Source: Alphaproteobacteria bacterium
Lineage (GTDB): Bacteria > Pseudomonadota > Alphaproteobacteria > Rs-D84
Direction: 5' to 3'
Length of the DNA: 64,000 bases
NCBI GenBank assembly: GCA_017616785.1
Contig: JAFZXK010000006.1
Location: forward strand, 3,184 to 67,183
Made by a program: the position numbers and the translations under genes. Shown piece after piece: positions 1-8,003 of the stretch. The notes under the pieces were generated by a model that was given only the letters and a program-made list of their open reading frames with translations, did no database searches and was not told where the DNA came from. Position 1 is the stretch's first letter. Each line of letters opens with the position of its first letter.

Positions 1-211
1 TCATCATATATGTGGTCGCACTGTGTGCTACGTTGCCGCTGTCTGGGGCTATTTCGCCGGCCAGTAATTTTAACAGTGTGGTTTTGCCAGAACCATTGTC
101 CCCTACAATGGCCACGCGGTCAGAATTGTTAAAAACAACCGACACACCATCCAAAATTGGATTTGATGAATCATAAGAAAAAGATACGTTTGATAAAGAA
201 ATTGTTAACAT
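1..211 (-). CDS. ABC-type ATP-binding protein, N-terminal part; the gene continues beyond the window start
   Basis: Reverse translation from the ATG at 209-211 gives MLTISLSNVSFSYD...RVAIVGDNGSGKTTLLKLLAGE, which carries a Walker A motif (GxxGxGKT). The ORF runs off the edge. Confidence 0.8.
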   Translation of the reverse strand, partial: MLTISLSNVSFSYDSSNPILDGVSVVFNNSDRVAIVGDNGSGKTTLLKLLAGEIAPDSGNVAHSATTYMM

Positions 212-385
212 GATAAAAACCTTTTAATATTGCAATTAACGGGCGCATATTTCTATGCACAGTTTGTTTGATAAGAATTACAATATTACATACGCATCGG
301 TTTTTATCCTTTTGTTCCAAGGGAATTCTAGCATATTTGGGTCAAAAGTCAAATTTTATTTTTGTGCAATATGGCAATATGTTTG

Positions 386-412
386 TTGACCGGGTATGTT
401 TTGTGGTATAAT
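386..412 (+). promoter_or_regulatory. Candidate sigma70-type promoter (TTGACC ... TGgTATAAT) for the S41 peptidase gene
   Basis: TTGACC lies at 386-391 and an extended -10 TGGTATAAT ends at 412. An AGAGGGG RBS precedes the ATG at 442. Confidence 0.4.
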
Positions 413-441
413 TACCCTATAATCATAACAGAGGGGTTACC

Positions 442-1551
442 ATGGTCAAAATACCAACAATTAAAGAAATGGAAAATTTTTTGTTACAGGATTCCGGATT
501 GGAAGATATGGGAATACCAGCACCAGAAAAGCGCGAACCAAACAAAAAATTGTCCACGGATGATGTCCGTCACGATATTTCTGTGCTTGCTCGTTATTTA
601 ATTCGGGTTTATGTTGGATGGCCTGTGCATGATGAGATTGTTAAACGTAAAGTTTTGACCCGTTTGACAAAGGCATACAAATCTGCACACGATATGACCG
701 CCACCAAATTTTTCGATTTTGTTAGAAACGTGATAGAGCCCATTCCTGACAACCACATTTCGCTTAGATTTAATAATGTTCGGGCATTTATGACAGTAAA
801 AACAAGGGAACATAAGGATGTTGGCACAAATATTGCAGGCAAAAAAACGGTAAAGGCAGAGATGCGTAATAATGGCGTAGCCGTTATTGGTTTTACAGGT
901 ATGCACAAAACGGACGAATTTCGTGACGTTATCATTGCTTTTCAAAAAAATATTTTACCAAAAGCCAACGCACTGATCATTGATTTGCGTGGCAATGGCG
1001 GCGGTAATAGTTTTTATTCGGACCAGTTTGCATATTTTTTATGCGGAGCAAAAGTTGATAGCATGAAAAAAACTTTTGTTAGAACTACCCCAGAGGCGCA
1101 AAAAGTTCTTGGATTCAGCAATCCAGACGCCGATTGGCGAAAGTTGAAACAATCGGAAAAACTACAATTATGGCGAAAAGGTGTGTGCTTTAAGATTGAT
1201 AAAAAGAACGCATACATGAAACCAATATTTATTCTTACTGATGAGAACACTGGCTCCGCCACAGAAATGTTTTTGTTGCGTATGCTCCATCATCCTATGG
1301 TTACCGTTATTGGCGACAATTCGCGTGGCATGGAGGTTTATGGTAATATGGTGCATGGATTTTTGCCCCATAGTAAACTTTATGTAGCTGTCGGTGCTAA
1401 TTACCGGATACTTGAGTATGATAATTTTGAATTACATGGTCACAAACCAGATATAAAATGCAAAAAAGGCCAGGATGCTTTCCAGATTGCAATGTCAATG
1501 TGTACGAACCGAGTTCATGTTGATGAATCCAAACATTCAAAGCAAAAATAA
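442..1551 (+). CDS. S41-family (C-terminal processing / tail-specific type) serine peptidase
   Basis: The ORF is 369 aa. LIIDLRGNGGGNS and LTDENTGSATEMF resemble the conserved S41 D-x-R-x-N-x-GG and nucleophile Ser motifs. Confidence 0.65.
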   Translation: MVKIPTIKEMENFLLQDSGLEDMGIPAPEKREPNKKLSTDDVRHDISVLARYLIRVYVGWPVHDEIVKRKVLTRLTKAYKSAHDMTATKFFDFVRNVIEPIPDNHISLRFNNVRAFMTVKTREHKDVGTNIAGKKTVKAEMRNNGVAVIGFTGMHKTDEFRDVIIAFQKNILPKANALIIDLRGNGGGNSFYSDQFAYFLCGAKVDSMKKTFVRTTPEAQKVLGFSNPDADWRKLKQSEKLQLWRKGVCFKIDKKNAYMKPIFILTDENTGSATEMFLLRMLHHPMVTVIGDNSRGMEVYGNMVHGFLPHSKLYVAVGANYRILEYDNFELHGHKPDIKCKKGQDAFQIAMSMCTNRVHVDESKHSKQK

Positions 1552-1665
1552 TTTATCTTTATGTAATCAAATTGCGAATAGAGAAAACATACCGGTCTTT
1601 TGGTAAACATTCATATTTATACTATGCCTTGTGTATGCTAATATTCTTGGTGTACAGGGGGCAAT

Positions 1666-1968
1666 ATGTCATCAGAAATTGAATATGAAAAACTTTCAAA
1701 CGGAAATGGATTTTGCGCAAAGTGCGACGGCAAAATAATCGGCGAAATAGATATCGTCTATGTCGGCATAAATCGTTTAATCATTGAATCGACCTATATC
1801 GACAGTGCGTTTGAAAACAGCGATGTATGCAAAAACCTGGTGCGGTGCGTTGTGGAATCTGCGCGCCGGGAACATCGAAAGATTTTATCGCTTTGCCCGC
1901 GCGCGCAATCTATATTCAATCGGTACGCAGAATTTGATGATGTGAGACTCATGAAATTGGCCGCATAA
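1666..1968 (+). CDS. Small GNAT-like acetyltransferase (YjdJ / Acetyltransf_CG type)
   Basis: The ORF is 100 aa. The C-terminal LSLCPRAQSIFNRYAEFDDV matches the characteristic LCPF..y..k.PEyqD signature of the ~95-aa GNAT subfamily. Confidence 0.55.
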   Translation: MSSEIEYEKLSNGNGFCAKCDGKIIGEIDIVYVGINRLIIESTYIDSAFENSDVCKNLVRCVVESARREHRKILSLCPRAQSIFNRYAEFDDVRLMKLAA

Positions 1969-1971
1969 AAA

Positions 1972-2562
1972 TTATTCGACACCCAGGTTATCGACAACAA
2001 ATTTCCAATCAATCAAACTTTCAAGAAAGCAATCAACAAAATCCGCGCGCCGATTTTGATAGTCCAAATAATATGCATGTTCCCACAAATCCAAAACTAG
2101 CACTGGTTTTAATCCATGCGCGATTGGTGTGTCCGCATTCTTTGTTGAAATAATTTCAAACTTTTTATCCGGCCGACGCACAACCCAAACCCAGCCCGAA
2201 CCAAAGACATCGTTTGCGACGGCTTTGAATTTTTCTTTGAATTCTGCGACACCGCCGAATTCGTCCGACATTAAATCCGGAATCAAATTATTTCCGCGTC
2301 CAAGGCAATTGAAAAAGAATTCGTGATTAAAAATCTGTGCCGCGTTATTGAAAATTTTTGTTGCGGTTGCGTCTTTGGCGGACGCCAAAATAATTTCACG
2401 CAAATCCATTTCGGCGTATTTTGTATCGGCTATCAATTTATTCAAATTTGCAATGTATGTTCCAAGGTGCTTGTCATGATGCAAACGCACAGTTTCCACA
2501 GACATGTATGGCACAAGGTCAGTTTCGCGAAATGGCAATGGGTATTCATTAAGGTTGAACAT
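1972..2562 (-). CDS. sodB: Fe/Mn superoxide dismutase
   Basis: The ORF is 196 aa and has HHDKHL, FNNAAQIFNHEFF and DLWEHAYYLDYQNRR metal-ligand signature blocks. Confidence 0.95.
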   Translation of the reverse strand: MFNLNEYPLPFRETDLVPYMSVETVRLHHDKHLGTYIANLNKLIADTKYAEMDLREIILASAKDATATKIFNNAAQIFNHEFFFNCLGRGNNLIPDLMSDEFGGVAEFKEKFKAVANDVFGSGWVWVVRRPDKKFEIISTKNADTPIAHGLKPVLVLDLWEHAYYLDYQNRRADFVDCFLESLIDWKFVVDNLGVE

Positions 2563-2705
2563 CTTATTTTCCTTTTTTTTGTATATTTTACAAATTTAAG
2601 AAAATATAACCATAGGAAAAAATAGTTCGTTTTTTGTCAAAAATGACTTGCACTGGGCGCATGGATATTTCTATAATCATCGTGCAAAGTAATAAAGGAG
2701 AAAAA

Positions 2706-3191
2706 ATGAAAAAAGCAACTTTGTTTGGTGCACTTGCAGGTGCGGTGTTTGTTGGTAATGCTTTGGCGGCGGACATAACGATTTACTATTCGCCGACATG
2801 TCCACATTGTCATCATGCGCGCGAATTTATTTCGCAAACTTTGATTTACGAATATCCAAATCTTAATGTAACAACGGTTAATGTTACCGGTGCCGCGAAT
2901 CGTGATGAATTTATGGCGACACTTAAAAAGTGCGAATATCAGTCGGGTGGTGTGCCGGTAATGGTTGTTGGCGAAAAATGTTTCCAGGGCTATGGCGATT
3001 CAATGGGCGATTCAATTCGCGAAGCGATAGAGGTTGATATGGATGATGCGGCCAAGGCAACCGCCGCAGAGAATAAAAAAGCGATGGAATCCGACGCAAA
3101 TGCCTTCCGCAGTGCGCACGCGGATAGAACTTCGGCGATTGTTGAACGCGTTGTCGAAAAGACCGAAGACGCGGATGCAAAAAAAAACTAA
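2706..3191 (+). CDS. Secreted thioredoxin/glutaredoxin-fold protein with a CPHC active site
   Basis: The start is taken at MKKATLFGALAG, which has a signal-peptide-like N-terminus and an AAAGGAG RBS. YYSPTCPHCHHAREF is a CxxC redox motif. The ORF ends just after an A9 run (see findings). Confidence 0.7.
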   Translation: MKKATLFGALAGAVFVGNALAADITIYYSPTCPHCHHAREFISQTLIYEYPNLNVTTVNVTGAANRDEFMATLKKCEYQSGGVPVMVVGEKCFQGYGDSMGDSIREAIEVDMDDAAKATAAENKKAMESDANAFRSAHADRTSAIVERVVEKTEDADAKKN

Positions 3192-3297
3192 AACGGGTGA
3201 ATGAAAACTGGTTCTATTACGGGATTCTTGGAATTTTGGTTGTGGGATTGATTTTCGTTCTCTTGCGCAAAAAGAAATAAAATAACGGAATGATGAA

Positions 3298-4035
3298 ATG
3301 TTTAATTTGACCGGACTTGATTATGCATATGTTGGAATACTGCTCGCGTCGACTGTGTGGGCGACGATACGTGGTGGAATTTATGAAACCATCGCAACGT
3401 TGTCTTGGGTTGTGGCGGCGGTAACCGCGCGGTTCGTGTCACCGATGCTTGATAAATTGCTCCAAGGTTGGTTCGGTTTGCCCGAATCAACCGTGGGAAC
3501 ATTGGTCGCATCGTATTTCATTGTGTTTTTCGTTATATTGCTGATTGTTGGATTCTTTAATCAGAAACTGCGCGACCGAATTCAGGCAAGTGTGATGAGT
3601 GTTACCGATCACACACTTGGCGTAATCTTTGGAATTGTTCGCGGCGTTGTTGTCATGGGCGTTTTCTATTGGGTCGCGCTGTGGTATTTTTCCGACACAC
3701 CGCGCACGCCGGCATGGTTGACGGATGCGCGGACGCGCCCTGTGATGCAGGTAACGGCATTAAAGTTAGATGAATGGTTTATCCCCGGTGCAACAAGCAA
3801 ACTGTTGTTGCGCGATATAGAAAGTGCACATGAGGCGCAAAAGATATTTGATAATCTGATAAATCCGCGCGTGGTTGATGATTCGGCAAAATCAACAAAT
3901 GGCACACAGGGCAATAGCGAAGAAACCGGTTACAAAAGTTCTGAACGCGGCGCATTGGAAAACCAATTATTGCAAATAGAAAATGTTGCGAACGCGGTTG
4001 AACAGCGGGAAAAAGAACGCCAGGAAAATAACTAA
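3298..4035 (+). CDS. cvpA: CvpA-family integral membrane protein
   Basis: The ORF is 245 aa. It has four predicted N-terminal TM segments with a CvpA-like start (LDYAYVGILLAS...IRG) and a hydrophilic tail. Confidence 0.65.
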   Translation: MFNLTGLDYAYVGILLASTVWATIRGGIYETIATLSWVVAAVTARFVSPMLDKLLQGWFGLPESTVGTLVASYFIVFFVILLIVGFFNQKLRDRIQASVMSVTDHTLGVIFGIVRGVVVMGVFYWVALWYFSDTPRTPAWLTDARTRPVMQVTALKLDEWFIPGATSKLLLRDIESAHEAQKIFDNLINPRVVDDSAKSTNGTQGNSEETGYKSSERGALENQLLQIENVANAVEQREKERQENN

Positions 4036-4040
4036 AACAA

Positions 4041-4069
4041 AACGGAATCAAAAAGGTTCCGTTTTTTTT
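4041..4069 (+). terminator. Rho-independent terminator after cvpA
   Basis: The stem is AACGGAA/TTCCGTT, followed by T8. Confidence 0.75.
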
Positions 4070-4096
4070 ATTGTATGCAATCCGCCTATTTATATT

Positions 4097-4352
4097 TTGA
4101 CTTTTTTCATGTTTCCATGTAAAGTTTTACATGAATCCAAGAGATTGGGTTCGGGGCTGTGGTAAGCCCGTGAATTCGGTGCGAAAGCATCGTCAAATGG
4201 TTATCACGGTGTTTTTCGCACCGTTGATTTCCCCGAGTATGTCGGGGAGTCGTGGTTATAAAACAGGGGGCAACCCCGAAATCCGCGAAATCAATAATTC
4301 ACTGATTACCAACTCCCCGACCGTCAATCTTTTGGCGGTCGAATTTTTTAAC
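4097..4352 (+). promoter_or_regulatory. Candidate promoter plus ~225-nt structured leader ending in an intrinsic terminator (copy 1 of a two-member family)
   Basis: The promoter is TTGACT-17 nt-TAAAGT. There is a perfect 10-bp hairpin at 4177-4186/4214-4223. Hairpin 4231-4236/4242-4247 competes with a 10-bp helix at 4241-4250/4312-4321. The terminator is 4319-4325/4334-4340 plus a T-run. Sequence blocks are shared with 21113-21345. Confidence 0.5.
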
Positions 4353-4366
4353 AAAAAGGAGTAAAA

Positions 4367-4720
4367 ATGATAACGTTAACACGAAAAAACGGTGGTTTTT
4401 GGAATACAACCGTTGTAATAAATGATGAATATAGTGTTAAATTAGGCGGACACGAAAGCAAGCAAGTGGAATTATCAGAAGATATAACAGAATTGGATAT
4501 AGATGTGTCAATGTCTGATACACGTGGAACATTTAAAATAAAAAATGCGAAAAAAGTAAAAGAAATTATTTTTAAATTAAAAATGTGGGGATTTGTCTTT
4601 GCTGGAACATCGCCAGATATAGTTTGTACGGTTATTTTTGAGGATGGGTCAGAAATGGAACCGCTAAATAAGAAGACAGGTACCGAAGTTAATGCCAATG
4701 TAAATCGTATGAAATTTTGA
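4367..4720 (+). CDS. Hypothetical protein (117 aa)
   Basis: The ORF has an AAAAAGGAG RBS 6 nt upstream. I recognise no motif. It is AT-rich relative to its neighbours. Confidence 0.55.
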   Translation: MITLTRKNGGFWNTTVVINDEYSVKLGGHESKQVELSEDITELDIDVSMSDTRGTFKIKNAKKVKEIIFKLKMWGFVFAGTSPDIVCTVIFEDGSEMEPLNKKTGTEVNANVNRMKF

Positions 4721-4740
4721 TAATACTATGGGAGTTTTTT

Positions 4741-4989
4741 ATGAATTATCAAATTGATCAAAAAATTAATCAAAATACCTTAACAATGTTTTTGTCTTTG
4801 TTCGGTTTGGGGTGTGCCGAATATCTGTCTTTATCCTACACCATATGGATATTATGTCTAATGACAAGTTGTATATCTATATTGTCTGTCTTTATTTGTT
4901 TAATTGCATACACATATTGTTATTGCATACTTAAATATAAGAAACCAAAAGAGACAAGAAAACAATCAAATCAAAACGGAATCAAATGA
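4741..4989 (+). CDS. Hypothetical small membrane protein (82 aa, two hydrophobic segments)
   Basis: The ATG at 4741 is preceded by GGGAG. Hydrophobic stretches are LTMFLSLFGLGCAEYLSL and ILCLMTSCISILSVFICLIAY. The stop codon lies inside a terminator hairpin. Confidence 0.45.
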   Translation: MNYQIDQKINQNTLTMFLSLFGLGCAEYLSLSYTIWILCLMTSCISILSVFICLIAYTYCYCILKYKKPKETRKQSNQNGIK

Positions 4990-5001
4990 TTCCGTTTTTT
5001 T
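4975..5001 (+). terminator. Rho-independent terminator, a near-duplicate of the one at 4041-4069
   Basis: The stem is AACGGAATC/GATTCCGTT, followed by T7. Confidence 0.7.
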
Positions 5002-5140
5002 GTCCGCCTGCGCTGGTTCTTAAATTTGGATTAATAAATCATTTGTTTTTGATAAATTATTTTCGATATACGCGCAAGCTACGGCGCGACACTGAAATTT
5101 TTTAAGCCCGCACTTTGTTGTGCGGGCTAACAAAATTTCG
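5002..5140. repeat. ~139-bp module abutting the 3' end of tRNA-Thr; paralog at 20533-20669
   Basis: It aligns by eye at roughly 80 percent identity with the sequence abutting tRNA-Leu. It includes the hairpin AGCCCGCAC/GTGCGGGCT, which serves as the tRNA terminator on the minus strand. Confidence 0.8.
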
Positions 5141-5216
5141 TGGTGCCAGTTGTCGGACTTGAACCAACGACCCTCTGATTACAAATCAGATGCTCTACCA
5201 ACTGAGCTAAACTGGC
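5141..5216 (-). tRNA. tRNA-Thr (anticodon UGU), CCA encoded
   Basis: The reverse complement GCCAGTTTAGCTCAGTTGGTAGAGCATCTGATTTGTAATCAGAGGGTCGTTGGTTCAAGTCCGACAACTGGCACCA folds as a cloverleaf with anticodon loop TTTGTAA. Confidence 0.95.
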
Positions 5217-5310
5217 AATGCCACATAATTATACATATTGAACAGGGTAAAGCAAGAAAAATTTTCAAAATTATCTTGAAAATAGTGCGTTGTGGGTTAG
5301 TATTAAACAC

Positions 5311-6555
5311 ATGATCAAATTACCTGAACTTTTGGCGCCGGCGGGAACGTTGGATGCTTTTCGGACCGCGATTCTGTATGGTGCGGATGCGATTTATGCC
5401 GGTCTGCCCGGGTTTTCAATGCGGGCGCGGGCGAAAATCACGACCGACGAAGTGCGCACTGGTATTGAACTTGCGCATGCGGCGGGGAAAAAGGTTTATT
5501 TGGCATTCAACCTGTTTGCGCACGATAGCGAATATGCAAATATGCCGCGTGTGTCCGAAATAATTCGATATTTATCGCCGGATGCGCTTATTGTGTCAGA
5601 TCCGGGGGTTTTAATGTGGGTGCGCGAACATCATCCGGAAATTCCGATTCATATTTCGACCCAGGCGAACATTTGTTCGGCCGCATCGGTAAAGTTTTGG
5701 CAAAATGCCGGCGCGTCGCTGTGTGTTTTGGCGCGCGAAGTTTCGCACAAAGAATTCGTTTCAATTCGGCGCGCGTGTCCCGATATAAAACTTGAAATTT
5801 TTGTGCATGGCGCAATGTGCATGGCGTATTCGGGACGGTGTTTGCTGTCGAACTTTATCACAGGGCGACCGGCAAATCGCGGCGCGTGCGCGCAACTTTG
5901 CCGGTGGAAGTACGATGTTATTTTGCGCGAATGTGAAACCGGAATTGAAATGCCAATTACCGAAGATGAACGTGGCGCATATATTATGAATTCGCGCGAT
6001 TTGTGCCTGATGCCGCGTCTTGCCACGGTTATTGAATCCGCGCCAGATTCACTGAAAATCGAAGGTCGCAACCGCAGCGAATATTATGTCGGTTCGGTGG
6101 TGCATGCGTATCGTGCGGCGATTGATGACTATGCACGCGACCCGGAAAATTTTGACCCGGCAAAATATATGGAAATGCTAAATGTGCTGGAATCGCGCGG
6201 ATATACAACGGCGTTCTTTGATGGGCCGGTGCCGCCGTCCGCACATAACTATGATTCCGCGCGGTCGGTTTCGGAATATCATGCAGCGGGTGTAGTTACC
6301 GCAAAAAACAATTCGGAAGTTACACTTGAATTGCGTAATGAAATCAAATCGGGCGATGAAATAAACTTTGTTGTTCCGCATGAAAACGAACCTGTACAAG
6401 TGCAAATAAAACAAATCATAAATGCCAAGGATAATTCAGTAATGCCGAAAATGTCGGCGGGACAAGGTAACGCAATAAAAATTCCGCGCGATTGGGTGGA
6501 TGCGGAAAATTTTGATAAATTAGTGCCCTTTGTTTTGGCATATAAACATAAATAA
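5311..6555 (+). CDS. U32-family peptidase-like protein (Fe-S containing U32 family)
   Basis: The start is taken at MIKLPELLAPAG. It has a typical U32 N-terminus (ELLAPAG...A...GADAIY) and the conserved Cys cluster CMAYSGRCLLSN...GACAQLCRW. Confidence 0.85.
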   Translation: MIKLPELLAPAGTLDAFRTAILYGADAIYAGLPGFSMRARAKITTDEVRTGIELAHAAGKKVYLAFNLFAHDSEYANMPRVSEIIRYLSPDALIVSDPGVLMWVREHHPEIPIHISTQANICSAASVKFWQNAGASLCVLAREVSHKEFVSIRRACPDIKLEIFVHGAMCMAYSGRCLLSNFITGRPANRGACAQLCRWKYDVILRECETGIEMPITEDERGAYIMNSRDLCLMPRLATVIESAPDSLKIEGRNRSEYYVGSVVHAYRAAIDDYARDPENFDPAKYMEMLNVLESRGYTTAFFDGPVPPSAHNYDSARSVSEYHAAGVVTAKNNSEVTLELRNEIKSGDEINFVVPHENEPVQVQIKQIINAKDNSVMPKMSAGQGNAIKIPRDWVDAENFDKLVPFVLAYKHK

Positions 6556-7113
6556 TTATCGGTGTGTTTGTCGCATCACATACTTGTTGTACAATTGCCC
6601 GAAATATTTGGGATCACGTTGCAATTTTTGTATATCGGCCGGATTTGCAGTATTGCCGAGCCATGTATGAAAATTCCTTTTGGGCCTATCATAATTTTTC
6701 ACGATTGGCACCGAAGAAGTTGGCAACCGATACAATGTTGTTAGAGATTGTGCATAAGTTGAAAGAATCTTGTCTTCCAATAATGAAATAGCACAGGCAA
6801 CAGCAAACGCACTGTTTTTTGGTACAGGCGTTATTACATCATCTTTGTTCGGTGAAATCATTGTCTTTTTTGCAACAACACCACGATGAGTATTATATAA
6901 TTTAAACAAAAATTTGACTGCGGGATTTCTACTGTCTGTACCATACGCCATCAAGATAGTGTGCATAACACAGATAGCATTAAACTGTGATTGCCCAACA
7001 GAATTGCCATTGGATTGGTACGCAGCGACCAATTTTTTATATAGAAACATATATACACGCGACAAATCGGCCTGTAACTTTTTTGATACATTTACGGTTT
7101 TCATCTTTTGCAC
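6556..7113 (-). CDS. Hypothetical protein (185 aa)
   Basis: This is a long ORF immediately downstream of the 171-aa ORF on the same strand. I recognise no motif. Confidence 0.5.
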   Translation of the reverse strand: MQKMKTVNVSKKLQADLSRVYMFLYKKLVAAYQSNGNSVGQSQFNAICVMHTILMAYGTDSRNPAVKFLFKLYNTHRGVVAKKTMISPNKDDVITPVPKNSAFAVACAISLLEDKILSTYAQSLTTLYRLPTSSVPIVKNYDRPKRNFHTWLGNTANPADIQKLQRDPKYFGQLYNKYVMRQTHR

Positions 7114-7121
7114 CCCCGCGG

Positions 7122-7637
7122 TTATCGTTTATGGATACGTTCGTATTCGTTCGACCTTGTTCGTTCCATATTCATTACCATAATTTTTTGCGGTTCCCTT
7201 TGCGCACCCGTGGTGGACGCAGAATTCAGAAAACCGTTTATAACGCACATTCCGGATTCAATCAAAGAATTTGCATAATCACGTAAATTTGTAAGTTCTT
7301 GGCCCGACACATTTGCCACAGAATTTCTTTCATTACTTTGTAACTTTTTTATTTCCCACTTTTTGCGCAATTCAAAAACAGCGATGCGAAGATATTCAAC
7401 AATCGGTGTCGTATTTTTTATTTCGAAAATTTGTTCAAGCAATTCTTGCATAGCCGATTCCCACGCATCACCAAGTTTTCCACCATTTGTCCAAATTAAT
7501 ATGCTTTTGCCACGAAACACTGAATCCAGCGCATCGTCAATTTTACCGCGAACATCCGATGAAATAGAATTTTCATCAAAGCAATCACGATTCTGACCGG
7601 CGGCCATTGCAATAAGTTTTTCTATTGTCTTGTCCAT
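7122..7637 (-). CDS. Hypothetical protein (171 aa)
   Basis: This is a long ORF, 8 nt upstream of the 185-aa ORF. I recognise no motif. Confidence 0.5.
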   Translation of the reverse strand: MDKTIEKLIAMAAGQNRDCFDENSISSDVRGKIDDALDSVFRGKSILIWTNGGKLGDAWESAMQELLEQIFEIKNTTPIVEYLRIAVFELRKKWEIKKLQSNERNSVANVSGQELTNLRDYANSLIESGMCVINGFLNSASTTGAQREPQKIMVMNMERTRSNEYERIHKR

Positions 7638-7709
7638 TTTATTCTTTTCGTCACCTTTACAATATGATAATGTTTTTTGGCTTGGTTTTCAAGGGTTATC
7701 ATAACATCT

Positions 7710-8003
7710 GTTAATACACAATTAAAATGGGACACTTAAACTATTCCAGAGCGCGAAGTTCTCCTCCCTCGGAGGAGTACGGTGTGGAACACCGGGAGGT
7801 GGGGGTCATAGAAATAATGCTTTTTCGATTTTTCACCCCCACCCCGCCGGCTGCTAGCCGGCACCCCTCCGGAAATCACCCACAAAATTTTTCAAATTTT
7901 GCGGGGCCCGATGGAGGGGAACCCACCCAATTTGGGCGAAGCTTATCGGTATCCAGCATATTTTTTTATATACAAAACTGTCCCATTTTAATTGTGCATT
8001 AAC
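7710..8003. mobile_element. MITE-like non-autonomous element with 25-bp terminal inverted repeats
   Basis: GTTAATACACAATTAAAATGGGACA at 7710-7734 matches the reverse complement of 7979-8003 at 24/25. It is flanked by an 18-bp direct repeat, AGGGTTATCATAACATCT (7692-7709) and AGGGCTATCATAAAATCT (8004-8021). The interior is GC-rich, full of hairpins, and has no credible ORF. Confidence 0.6.

Noticed and set aside
4131-4364. A 77-aa ORF spanning the whole of structured leader 1
   Set aside because: It exactly fills the promoter-to-RBS gap and runs through several perfect hairpins and the terminator. It has no RBS. The paralogous leader at 21123-21345 has no equivalent reading frame. It is more likely non-coding.
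7727-8002. A 91-aa ORF inside the MITE-like element
   Set aside because: It lies entirely between the terminal inverted repeats and is encoded by hairpin-rich GC repeats. It has Pro/Ser/Gly-rich nonsense-like composition and no RBS.
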